Below are positions 43,475 through 52,602 of a stretch of DNA of 64,000 nucleotides, one piece after another. Where the stretch lies: assembly GCA_041738795.1 (NCBI GenBank), contig JBGSPB010000015.1, positions 108,227 through 172,226 on the forward strand, in the 5' to 3' direction. The DNA comes from Chitinophagaceae bacterium (lineage in GTDB: Bacteria; Bacteroidota; Bacteroidia; Chitinophagales; Chitinophagaceae). Under the pieces are notes generated by a model, which was given only the letters and a program-made list of their open reading frames with translations, searched no databases and was not told the origin of the DNA. Made by a program: the position numbers and the translations under genes. The first letter of the stretch is position 1; each line of letters starts with the position of its first letter.

Positions 43475-46231
43475 TTACCTGATAATAATTTTGGATTGCA
43501 GCATTGATTCATTTGCCGACAATTGTACATGGTACATTCCGGGAATAATTCCTGATGGCAGTTCAATGGTCCTCGATGCAGAACCTCCGGCAAACTGCCA
43601 GTTTGTTTGATAAACCTCCTGACCACTGTTATTAAATAATTTCAAGAGATAGTTCCCTCTTTGCTGATTTCGCAACTGAATTACAAACTGCCGGTTTACT
43701 ACAGGATTAGGATATACCTGCAGCTTCATATCTGCAGTTGTATTTCGGATAATTTTTACAACAGGGCTATAAGAAACTTCACCATTTATTTCTACCGCCT
43801 TAATACGATAAAAAGAAATATCCGGGTACGGATTTTCATCGTTTATAACATAATCTTCTCTTGTACCAGCATTACTACGGGCATTTAAACTTTTAATACT
43901 AACAAATGAAATACCATTTGTGGATCTTTCCACCTCATACTGACCAACTCCTTCTTCTGAACTGTTGGTCCATTCAATTTTATTGATATTGCCAGCCGGG
44001 TAAGCTTTTACTAAAGAAAACTTTACCGTTAGCGGGTTTGTTCCGGCACTGGTGCTGCCAATAGAAAATGGAGTAAATACAGATACATTATTACGGGTTA
44101 CAGTACCTAAACTGCCTGATCCGGTAGTGCCACCGCTATTTCCATGGCTGTCCCAGCTGGAGCCATTATATTGTGCCACTGTCAGCGTTGCTAAATCGTT
44201 TATGTATGCAGCCGTATTACAGGGACTCAATCCGCTCCATGACAACGAAACATTAACGGTGGGACTACCCGGTCCAATTTCTTCCAGGTTCCAGTATTCG
44301 CAAAAACTAATATGATTTAATCCTGGTGCCGTTATTGAAAATCTGTTTGGAGGAGTTGTACGCATATACTCCGCCCGGAATTCATCATTCACAGTTCCCG
44401 GTGCCGAAATACTGATTGGAGCATACACACCAGATTTTCCAACTGGAAAAGTGAAAGCGTCATCCCCGATCTTTCGTACCGGCCCATCTACATACCGAAC
44501 CGGAGAATAACTGCCCGCTGAGGATGTAGCATCGTCATTTATTGTAAGCAGATTTGTTATCGTAGTAATTAAATTACCGGAAGCAAGAATAAAGGATCTT
44601 GTGACAGTCATAGGCTGGCTAAGTATTACGTTACCACTTGTATTATTTATAATTATATCCCTCGCAGTATTTGCGTTGGGAGAAGTTATAAATGTTCCGG
44701 TTACCGCTCCCTTAAACTCATAATCAGCATTACTACGAAAAGTTCTTGTAGCAATTGCCGTGGAAACAGAACCAATCGTTTCATTATTCTGAAGGCCATC
44801 AGGATTAGCAGAAATAACAACTGCTCCGTCATTAAGCATAAACGAATTGTTTACGCCGGCTATTACCCCTGATGAACTAACTATCCTGTTCAAATCAATA
44901 TTAAGGACAGCACCTGTATTAACAGTAAACTGGCCAGCCCATGCTGCAGTAGCAATACTGGACAAACTGATATCAGAGAGCATCTCAAGAGTACTACCAT
45001 TATTCACAACATAGTTTACATAGGCAATGTTAGCAGGTGTTGCAGCAAAGTAAGTTTGTATACCGGATTTTTTGAAAATGATGGTTCCATTCGATACCGA
45101 ATTATCTGCAGATCCCGTTTGCATCAGGCCGGAGTTACTAATTGTCAAATTACCGGACAAATGCAGCTCGGTAAAATTTGATGCATTTGAATCGCCGTAA
45201 GCAAAATCAAACAACCCGCCGCTCTGTATAAAATTACCAGCAACATTCATAATGATTTTATTCAGTGTGACCGGGCCACCGGTGGCAGTATGATAGTCAA
45301 AAAATGTAGAAGAGGAACTTACCCCTGTCATATTGAAATTGCCAGCTACATTAACAGTTGCAGTAATATTATCACCATTAGTAATAGAAAGCCACGCATT
45401 ATCATTAATTATAAAATCGCCGCCTATATCAAGTGTATAAAAACTGTTATTGGCAGTTGCCAGGAACAACCCATACAAGTTGGTATTTCCAACAGTAAGG
45501 TTTCCATTGACAGTTGTTAATTCCCCATTCAATAAAAATCCCGTTGTTTGCCCGGTGCAATCCCAGGAAAAATTTCCGAATGACTGATCTAAACCCGTTG
45601 GAGCCGCTCCGGAAATTCCCGTTACAAAACAGGTCGAAGCTGCATTCCAGGCAGCTGTTGGTATTGTTCCGCCATTGCGGGAATGTTCATACGTACTGCC
45701 TGCCGTAAAAACAAGTTTTGCCGGAGTAGCATTAACTATTGTACCATTATTGGAAACAAGACGCAGGGTTCCTGACACAGTTGTTATAACATTTGCTGCA
45801 TTAGTATTGTAAGACCTGTTTATTGAAAATGAACCGCTGATATCTGCCCTGCAATTAGCAGATAAATTAATATTCTCAAGATTATTATTTTGTATCAGAG
45901 ATGACCCGTTTTCAACAACCAGGTCATCCCCTGTTCCATTTGCAATAGTCAATGTTTGGTTACCACCAGCTCCAGACAGTGTGATAGTTGAGTTGCCACC
46001 AATAGTCAACCTGCCGATTGTTTGAGTCGGAACATTTGTTATCGTTTTTGTTCCCCCGTTATTTATTAACAAAATGTCATTAGCAGCAGGTGAAAATCTT
46101 GAGGGGGTCCAATTTGTGGCTGTGGCCCAACTACCGCCACCAGCCACATTCCAGGTATAAGTGGCCTGTGAAAACGCAGGCAGATCAAGAAAAAGAAAGG
46201 CCAAAACTGTTACAAACAGAATTTTCATCAA
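43475..46231 (-). CDS. T9SS type-A-CTD secreted protein, autotransporter-like beta-solenoid, no recognisable catalytic domain
   Basis: Signal peptide, W..ATNW start, Asn/Thr/Gly-rich repeats, PLTVKF..YEVERS..YS.VV domain, C-terminal VYPNP..KLFNNSGQ..PGMY..KIIIR. Confidence 0.85.
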   Translation of the reverse strand: MMKILFVTVLAFLFLDLPAFSQATYTWNVAGGGSWATATNWTPSRFSPAANDILLINNGGTKTITNVPTQTIGRLTIGGNSTITLSGAGGNQTLTIANGTGDDLVVENGSSLIQNNNLENINLSANCRADISGSFSINRSYNTNAANVITTVSGTLRLVSNNGTIVNATPAKLVFTAGSTYEHSRNGGTIPTAAWNAASTCFVTGISGAAPTGLDQSFGNFSWDCTGQTTGFLLNGELTTVNGNLTVGNTNLYGLFLATANNSFYTLDIGGDFIINDNAWLSITNGDNITATVNVAGNFNMTGVSSSSTFFDYHTATGGPVTLNKIIMNVAGNFIQSGGLFDFAYGDSNASNFTELHLSGNLTISNSGLMQTGSADNSVSNGTIIFKKSGIQTYFAATPANIAYVNYVVNNGSTLEMLSDISLSSIATAAWAGQFTVNTGAVLNIDLNRIVSSSGVIAGVNNSFMLNDGAVVISANPDGLQNNETIGSVSTAIATRTFRSNADYEFKGAVTGTFITSPNANTARDIIINNTSGNVILSQPMTVTRSFILASGNLITTITNLLTINDDATSSAGSYSPVRYVDGPVRKIGDDAFTFPVGKSGVYAPISISAPGTVNDEFRAEYMRTTPPNRFSITAPGLNHISFCEYWNLEEIGPGSPTVNVSLSWSGLSPCNTAAYINDLATLTVAQYNGSSWDSHGNSGGTTGSGSLGTVTRNNVSVFTPFSIGSTSAGTNPLTVKFSLVKAYPAGNINKIEWTNSSEEGVGQYEVERSTNGISFVSIKSLNARSNAGTREDYVINDENPYPDISFYRIKAVEINGEVSYSPVVKIIRNTTADMKLQVYPNPVVNRQFVIQLRNQQRGNYLLKLFNNSGQEVYQTNWQFAGGSASRTIELPSGIIPGMYHVQLSANESMLQSKIIIR

Positions 46232-46491
46232 TTAAGGCTTTACAAATAGTTATTAGATTTTAATGAAAAACCATTAGGCTTTTCTAAGTAACTAAGGTAA
46301 ATGACCTTACTAAATTGTAATGGTTTTTGCTTACTTATGTTTAATAAATAGGGTGATTCTCCTTAATTACTACTCGTACAAATACGATGCGTTCTGTTAT
46401 TTCAATAGGTTACATATAACTCTATTTTAAAAGAAGTTCTACTAAGCTTTACTCAATACATGAAAAAAATCCTTTTAAAATCATTCTATAC

Positions 46492-46520
46492 AGAAAAGGC
46501 TGCCTTAAAAAGGCAGCCTT
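46492..46520 (-). terminator. Intrinsic terminator
   Basis: AAGGCTGCCTT-AAA-AAGGCAGCCTT (46496-46520). Confidence 0.8.
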
Positions 46521-46542
46521 AATAAATTGGTTATGCAATTTC

Positions 46543-48402
46543 TTATTGAACCATAAAAGTTTTACTCATCAACTTCATCGTGCCATTATTTAAATGCATG
46601 GTGTACATTCCTGATCTTACACCTGCAGGTAATTGAAGGGTCTGGTTAACAGAGCCACCACTATGACTAAATCGTTGTGCATACACCTGCTGACCATTAG
46701 CATTAAATATATTCACTGAATAATTTCCTTTCGAAAGATCTGAAGACTGGAAGGAAACCAAACCATTCCGAACAGGGTTAGGATAGAGAGTGAAGCCTTT
46801 TATATTCTTGTCAAGGTTCACTTTTACCACATTGCTGTAGCCGGACTTACCGTCCATATCAATATTTTTAAGACGATAGAAATTGACACCGGGTAATGGA
46901 TTCGCATCAAAGAAACTGTAGTTGCTTTCAATAACGAGGTTACGGGCTGCCACGTCGCCTATTGGCATAAATGACTGGCCATCAGCAGAACGTTCAACCT
47001 GGTAACGGTTCAGGTTATCCTCCTGGTAAGCAGTCCAATCGATCTGGATACCCTGCTGCTTTTCAAAAGCCCTGATATTGCTGAGCTTAACAGGAAGCGG
47101 GCTTCCGTTAATATTGGCACTGCCAAACGTAAAGTAACCAAATCCATTTGCATCTACGGAAGTTCTGAGAAGTGTGCCGGTTGTATAAGGAGAAACACTT
47201 GTGATAGTTTGAGGGCCACCCAAACTATTCTCCCATCTGGAATCAGCAAGATCTCTCCAGGCCACAATTAATCCTGTCAGCGTAGTAATATAGGCTCCGC
47301 CGCAGGGGCTGTATTCATTCCAGTATAAAGTAACATCGGCAGTTGCAGCAGCACCTGTTCTGTCAAGCCTCCAGTATTCACAGGCACTAACAGCATAAAC
47401 ACCTGTAATGAGATCTGGTTCCAGTAATACAGAACTGGCCCTGATATATTCCGCCTCAAAAGTTGTAGTTGCTGATGGCGCCCCGATACTAATGGGGTGA
47501 TAACGGTTTCCGCCAATTATAGTACCAACAGGAAATTCAAATGCATCATTTCCATTTTTTACAATTGGACCATTTACAAAAGATGCATCATTAGCACCTG
47601 TGGTTGTTGTATTGTTATTAAATGTGATTGAATTAGTAGCAGATGAATTCACAATACCACTTGTAAAAGTTGCAACATCTGTGATTATAATACCCCCGGA
47701 AGCAATTGTTTTTGTAGCACCCCCTGAAAAAGTAATATCTGCATATGTGTCAGATTTAACTGTTTGGTCCCCAGTGATTCCATTATAATTTACTAAGCCT
47801 GCAGTCGCAGAAGATGGAATAATATCTCCTCCCGCAGCTACATCACCACCAATATTCAATGTACCGGCACCTGAAAACCTTATTGCATTTCTTGCTGCCG
47901 TTCCGTTCATTGTAATATCACCGGTAACAGTAACAGTGCCAGTAGATATCGTAATTTCACAATTCCTGTTATCATTACCAGTTGCTGCCATAGTAATCGA
48001 CTCACATGAGAGTGTACCTGAGCCAACTGAAATAATTTTATCATCATTATTCCCGGTACCAGCCCCTATTGTAATTGCTCCAGAAACAGTCAGACTCAGT
48101 CCACTATTAAAGCTTAACTCACTATCATTACCTCCACCTTCAATAATAAGTGCACCAATACTATTTGATGGGCTAATATTTAAAGTAATATTATCACCAT
48201 CCATAATTGTTACCGTACCTGCGCCTGCATTTTGGCCAGGATAGTCGGTGACATTTGTCCATGAACCGCCTATATATCTTTGCCATCTATTTGTAGAATT
48301 CCAGTTTCCATCACTCCTTGAACGATAATCTCCTTCGCTTTGTGCAAAAACATTAATGGTTGCAAACAACATTAAGTTTAATAAAAAATAAATCTTTCTC
48401 AT
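46543..48402 (-). CDS. T9SS type-A-CTD secreted protein, paralogous to 43475-46231
   Basis: Signal peptide, YRSRSDGNWNS..W start, PLPVKL..YQVERS domain, C-terminal LYPNP..IFNANGQ..SGMY..TFMVQ. Confidence 0.87.
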   Translation of the reverse strand: MRKIYFLLNLMLFATINVFAQSEGDYRSRSDGNWNSTNRWQRYIGGSWTNVTDYPGQNAGAGTVTIMDGDNITLNISPSNSIGALIIEGGGNDSELSFNSGLSLTVSGAITIGAGTGNNDDKIISVGSGTLSCESITMAATGNDNRNCEITISTGTVTVTGDITMNGTAARNAIRFSGAGTLNIGGDVAAGGDIIPSSATAGLVNYNGITGDQTVKSDTYADITFSGGATKTIASGGIIITDVATFTSGIVNSSATNSITFNNNTTTTGANDASFVNGPIVKNGNDAFEFPVGTIIGGNRYHPISIGAPSATTTFEAEYIRASSVLLEPDLITGVYAVSACEYWRLDRTGAAATADVTLYWNEYSPCGGAYITTLTGLIVAWRDLADSRWENSLGGPQTITSVSPYTTGTLLRTSVDANGFGYFTFGSANINGSPLPVKLSNIRAFEKQQGIQIDWTAYQEDNLNRYQVERSADGQSFMPIGDVAARNLVIESNYSFFDANPLPGVNFYRLKNIDMDGKSGYSNVVKVNLDKNIKGFTLYPNPVRNGLVSFQSSDLSKGNYSVNIFNANGQQVYAQRFSHSGGSVNQTLQLPAGVRSGMYTMHLNNGTMKLMSKTFMVQ

Positions 48403-48731
48403 GCTCAGTAATTTTAAAAAATTGAATAAATATCAACAGGTTCTGCATGGAAAGGATTATTGCGGACTTTTCAGGAGGAGATTGGGAATAGGATTATAGT
48501 AAACAGCAACTGGCTGTTCTTTTAAATAAATAGTGAATCTTAATAGATGAGGTCAGGTACGGAATTCGAAGGATGTGGATGGGAATTTTACTTAGTAAAT
48601 GTAAAGGTATAATGCAGTTTCAGCTTTTGCAAGCTTATCATTTACTTTTTTTATAACAATAAAAAAAATCGTAGATCTACGAAAGCATTACCCATCAAAA
48701 CTTATCACGGATCAATAATTTATCATCACAA

Positions 48732-51566
48732 CTATAATAAATACTCAGCAGTGTGACTTTGTTTAGATTTTTTCAGGTCGACCGGTTTGCCGGCAAAAAC
48801 CAACTCACCACCTGCATCACCTGCCTCCGGGCCCAAGTCAATTACCCAGTCGGCACAACGGATCACATCTGTATTGTGTTCGATAACGATAATAGAATGG
48901 CCTTGTTCAATCAATGCATTGAATGAAGCCAATAATTTATTGATATCATGAAAATGCAACCCGGTGGTTGGTTCATCAAAAATGAAAAGGATCTTATTAT
49001 TAGCCCTGCCTTTACCCAGGAAAGAAGCCAGTTTTACCCGTTGTGCCTCACCTCCTGATAAAGTATCGGACGACTGGCCCAATTTTACATACCCTAATCC
49101 CACATCGCTTAATGGCTGAATAGCTTTTGCTAAATTCTTCTCTTCATAGAAAAAATTGATGGCTTCATCCACACTCATTTCCAGTACATCAAAAATGTTT
49201 TTATCCCTATACTTCACTTCCAGCACTTCTTCTTTGAATCTTTTTCCCCCGCATGATTCACAGGTAAGGTGCACATCTGCCAGGAACTGCATTTCCACTA
49301 CCTGTTCCCCCTCCCCTTTACAGGTATCGCACCGCCCGCCATCAACGTTGAATGAAAAATGTTTGGGCATAAATCCCCGCATCTTACTAAGCGGTTGGCT
49401 GGCAAACAGGTCCCTTATCTCATCATAAGCCTTGATATAGGTAACAGGATTACTTCTTGATGATTTGCCAATAGGATTCTGATCAACCATTTCTAACTGA
49501 CCAATTCCGTCAATATCACCAGTAATTGCTTTGTGTAATCCCACCTTGTCCCCAAACTCTCCTTTGATCTTTCTTAATGCAGGGTATAAAATCTGTTTTA
49601 CCAATGTTGTTTTTCCGCTACCGCTTACACCGCTTACCACACATAATACATTCAGCGGAAACTCTACCGTGATATTTTTAAGATTATTATGCCTGGCTCC
49701 CTCCACTTTTACAGAACGGTTCCATTTGCGAACAGTCTTTGGCGGATCAATGGTTAATTCTCCCTTCAGGTATTTTCCCGTCAGGCTCATTGGATTGGAG
49801 ATAATATCATCATAGTCTCCTTCGGCCACCACTTCACCACCCAAATGAGAGGCAAATGGACCCATATCAATAATATGATCAGCTTCCCGCATCATCATTT
49901 CATCATGCTCTACTACCACCACTGTATTACCAAGGCCTCTCAGCTCTTTTAAAACCTTTATTAGATTAGCCGTATCTCTTGAGTGCAGTCCGATAGAAGG
50001 TTCATCTAATATATATAATGAATTAGTGAGGTTACTGCCAAGGCTTCTTGTCAGTTGTATACGCTGGCTTTCACCGCCACTTAACGAGTTAGCCAGGCGG
50101 CTGAGTGTTAAATAACCCAGGCCAACTTTTATTAAGGTATCCAGCCGTCCATGCAGCTCAATCAATATACGTTTTCCTACTTCTTTATCATGAGTGCTTA
50201 ATTTATTGGCCAGTATATCAAACCAAACTTTAAGATCTTTTACCGGCATTGTACTCAGCTCACCAATGTGCTGGCCGTTTACTTTTACATACAGTGCTTC
50301 CTTGCGAAGACGATAACCGATGCAATCAGGGCATTCTGTTCTGCCGCGATAGCGGCTTAACATTACCCGGTACTGAACCTTATACAACTGCGACTCCACA
50401 TCTTTAAAGAAATCATTGATACCAATTCCATCCACACCTTCCCAGAGTGTTTTATACTGCTTATCTGTTAAATCCGCTATCGGTTTATGAACCGGAAAAT
50501 TTACTTTCCTGGCTACTTTGATAAATTGCTGACGCCACCAATCCATTTTCTCTCCTTTCCAGGGGGCTACTGCACCATCATACACACTCATTCTTCTGTC
50601 AGGTATTACCAGGTCAGGATCAATGCCCAGAACCTGCGAAAAACCCTCGCAGGTGGGACAAGCTCCAAAAGGGTTATTAAAAGAAAAAAGATTGGGAACA
50701 GGCTCTTCAAACTGAATGCCATCTAATTCGAACCGGTTATTGAAGTTTACTACTTTCTTTCCGTTTACTTCAATATATACATCTCCTTCTCCCTCATAGA
50801 ATGCAGTTCCGATAGAATCTGCCATTCTATGTTTATCATCTTCATCAAATTCCTTCACTACAATTCTATCAACAAGAATATGAGTAATCTTTTTTGCCTT
50901 CAACTCTTTATCACTTAATTCAAGTAATTCTTCAATTCTGAAAATCTGCCCCTCACTTCCGGCTGCTGACTCCCGGCTATAGACTCTTGAAAATCCCTTC
51001 TGTACCAGGATATTCAACTCTTCCTTTATATCCCGGTTCTTGTGTTGTTTAAATGTGGCCAGTATATAAACCTTATCCCCTTCTTTCAACTTTGTAATCG
51101 CATCCAGCACATCTGTCACATCATCTTTCTTTACTTCTTTTCCAGAAACCGGAGAGATCGTTTTACCGATCCTGGCGAAAAGCAGCCGCAGGTAATCATA
51201 GATCTCCGTCATGCTGCCCACTGTACTTCTTGGTGTCCGGGTAATCACTTTCTGTTCAATGGCAATAGCAGGGCAAAGCCCTTTTATATAATCCACATCC
51301 GGTTTATTCATCCGGTTTAAAAACTGGCGGGCATAGGCACTCAGGCTTTCAGCATACCGCCGTTGCCCCTCTGCATACAGCGTATCGATCGTAAGTGATG
51401 ATTTGCCGGATCCTGAAACACCGGTGACAACAATCAGCTTGTTTCGGGGGATTTCCACCGTCACATTTTTCAGGTTATGCACTCTTGCACCCCTTATTTG
51501 GATATTTTCTGCGGAAATTACGGTCTTCGGTTTGGCGGGATTTTTCCCTATTATTGACTTTTCCAT
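48732..51566 (-). CDS. uvrA: Excinuclease ABC subunit A
   Basis: Two GVSGSGK Walker A motifs, two LSGGE signatures, zinc-finger CxxC pairs, [19 protein letters not shown]. Confidence 0.97.
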   Translation of the reverse strand: MEKSIIGKNPAKPKTVISAENIQIRGARVHNLKNVTVEIPRNKLIVVTGVSGSGKSSLTIDTLYAEGQRRYAESLSAYARQFLNRMNKPDVDYIKGLCPAIAIEQKVITRTPRSTVGSMTEIYDYLRLLFARIGKTISPVSGKEVKKDDVTDVLDAITKLKEGDKVYILATFKQHKNRDIKEELNILVQKGFSRVYSRESAAGSEGQIFRIEELLELSDKELKAKKITHILVDRIVVKEFDEDDKHRMADSIGTAFYEGEGDVYIEVNGKKVVNFNNRFELDGIQFEEPVPNLFSFNNPFGACPTCEGFSQVLGIDPDLVIPDRRMSVYDGAVAPWKGEKMDWWRQQFIKVARKVNFPVHKPIADLTDKQYKTLWEGVDGIGINDFFKDVESQLYKVQYRVMLSRYRGRTECPDCIGYRLRKEALYVKVNGQHIGELSTMPVKDLKVWFDILANKLSTHDKEVGKRILIELHGRLDTLIKVGLGYLTLSRLANSLSGGESQRIQLTRSLGSNLTNSLYILDEPSIGLHSRDTANLIKVLKELRGLGNTVVVVEHDEMMMREADHIIDMGPFASHLGGEVVAEGDYDDIISNPMSLTGKYLKGELTIDPPKTVRKWNRSVKVEGARHNNLKNITVEFPLNVLCVVSGVSGSGKTTLVKQILYPALRKIKGEFGDKVGLHKAITGDIDGIGQLEMVDQNPIGKSSRSNPVTYIKAYDEIRDLFASQPLSKMRGFMPKHFSFNVDGGRCDTCKGEGEQVVEMQFLADVHLTCESCGGKRFKEEVLEVKYRDKNIFDVLEMSVDEAINFFYEEKNLAKAIQPLSDVGLGYVKLGQSSDTLSGGEAQRVKLASFLGKGRANNKILFIFDEPTTGLHFHDINKLLASFNALIEQGHSIIVIEHNTDVIRCADWVIDLGPEAGDAGGELVFAGKPVDLKKSKQSHTAEYLL

Positions 51567-51577
51567 TATTATACTTG

Positions 51578-51585
51578 CAAATGTA
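51578..51585 (-). promoter_or_regulatory. -7 promoter element of uvrA
   Basis: TACATTTG 11 nt upstream of the ATG. Confidence 0.6.
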
Positions 51586-51851
51586 AAGCCTTATCCCATG
51601 CGGGTTTAAGCCTAAATCATTAACATTTATTTAGCAGCATATACTACCTATTGCTTTTACAAATGTTTGGCAATTTCGCGAAATGGTCTATTTTTAATTT
51701 CCAATTATCCAAAAAATGAAAAACCCAAAACTCACACAGCCTATCGCACAAACTTCTACTCTTTATTTTTAACCGATTTTTTGAACCAATATCCATTTGA
51801 ATAACTGTGCATGCAAATGCCTGTACAGTGCAACCTAAACCTGTAGAAGTT

Positions 51852-52433
51852 ATGAAAGCTTTATTAAAAAAAACCGACCATGAACTCATCCACCTGTTCC
51901 AGGATGGAAATCTTGAAGCATTAGAAGCGCTGGTGCTCCGGCATAAGGATAAACTCTATACGTCTATCCTCTTTCTTGTAAAAGACAAATATTTAGCGGA
52001 AGATATTTTCCAGGATGCCTTTATCCGGATTATTGATACCATGCGTGGTGGCCGCTACACCGAAGAAGGAAAATTTCTTCCCTGGGCCATGCGTATAGCA
52101 CATAACTTATGTGTTGACCATTTCAGAAAAGTAAAACGTACCCCCACTATTCGTAATGGTGAAGACAAAGATATTTTTGAAGTACTGAATTTTTCTGAAG
52201 ACAGTGCTGAAACAGTTATGATGAAAAGGCAAAGTCATGACAGGGTTCGTGACATGCTGCAAAGTTTGCCGGAAGATCAAAGAGAAGTTATCATACTACG
52301 TCATTATGCAGATATGAGTTTTAAAGAAATCGCCGCAGCCACCAATTGCAGTATTAACACTGCCTTGGGAAGAATGCGTTACGGATTAATTAATTTGCGT
52401 AAGCTGATGACACAGAAACAAATTGCTTTATAA
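51852..52433 (+). CDS. ECF-type sigma-70 factor
   Basis: Likely start MKALLKK at 51852; AEDIFQDAF, FLPWAMRIAHNLCVDHFRK, LPEDQREVIILR..MSFKEIA..SINTALGRMRY. Confidence 0.93.
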   Translation: MKALLKKTDHELIHLFQDGNLEALEALVLRHKDKLYTSILFLVKDKYLAEDIFQDAFIRIIDTMRGGRYTEEGKFLPWAMRIAHNLCVDHFRKVKRTPTIRNGEDKDIFEVLNFSEDSAETVMMKRQSHDRVRDMLQSLPEDQREVIILRHYADMSFKEIAAATNCSINTALGRMRYGLINLRKLMTQKQIAL

Positions 52434-52438
52434 GCTCT

Positions 52439-52531
52439 TGTCATTCTGTATCTCCATCCGGAGTAAAACAGATTCTGATTAAACGGAATTTACGTTTGCT
52501 TGCCAAGCCGGAAGGCTGGTACAGAATGACA
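52439..52531. other. Structured 93-nt non-coding element (candidate ncRNA or REP-like repeat)
   Basis: Closed by TGTCATTCTGTATC / GGTACAGAATGACA; internal AGCC-GGAA-GGCT hairpin. Confidence 0.45.
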
Positions 52532-52539
52532 CCAAATTG

Positions 52540-52579
52540 AAAAGCCTCCTGGTACAATTATGTAACAGGAGGCTTTTTT
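52540..52579. terminator. Bidirectional intrinsic terminator
   Basis: AAAAGCCTCCTG..CAGGAGGCTTTT with inner TACA/TGTA pairing. Confidence 0.9.
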
Positions 52580-52602
52580 ATTATTTAACCTGACGATACT
52601 GA

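Noticed and set aside
52500-52525. SRP RNA suggested by CCGGAAGG
   Set aside because: Lacks the CAGG/AGCAG internal-loop motifs, and the GGAA loop is not at the apex of the long stem.
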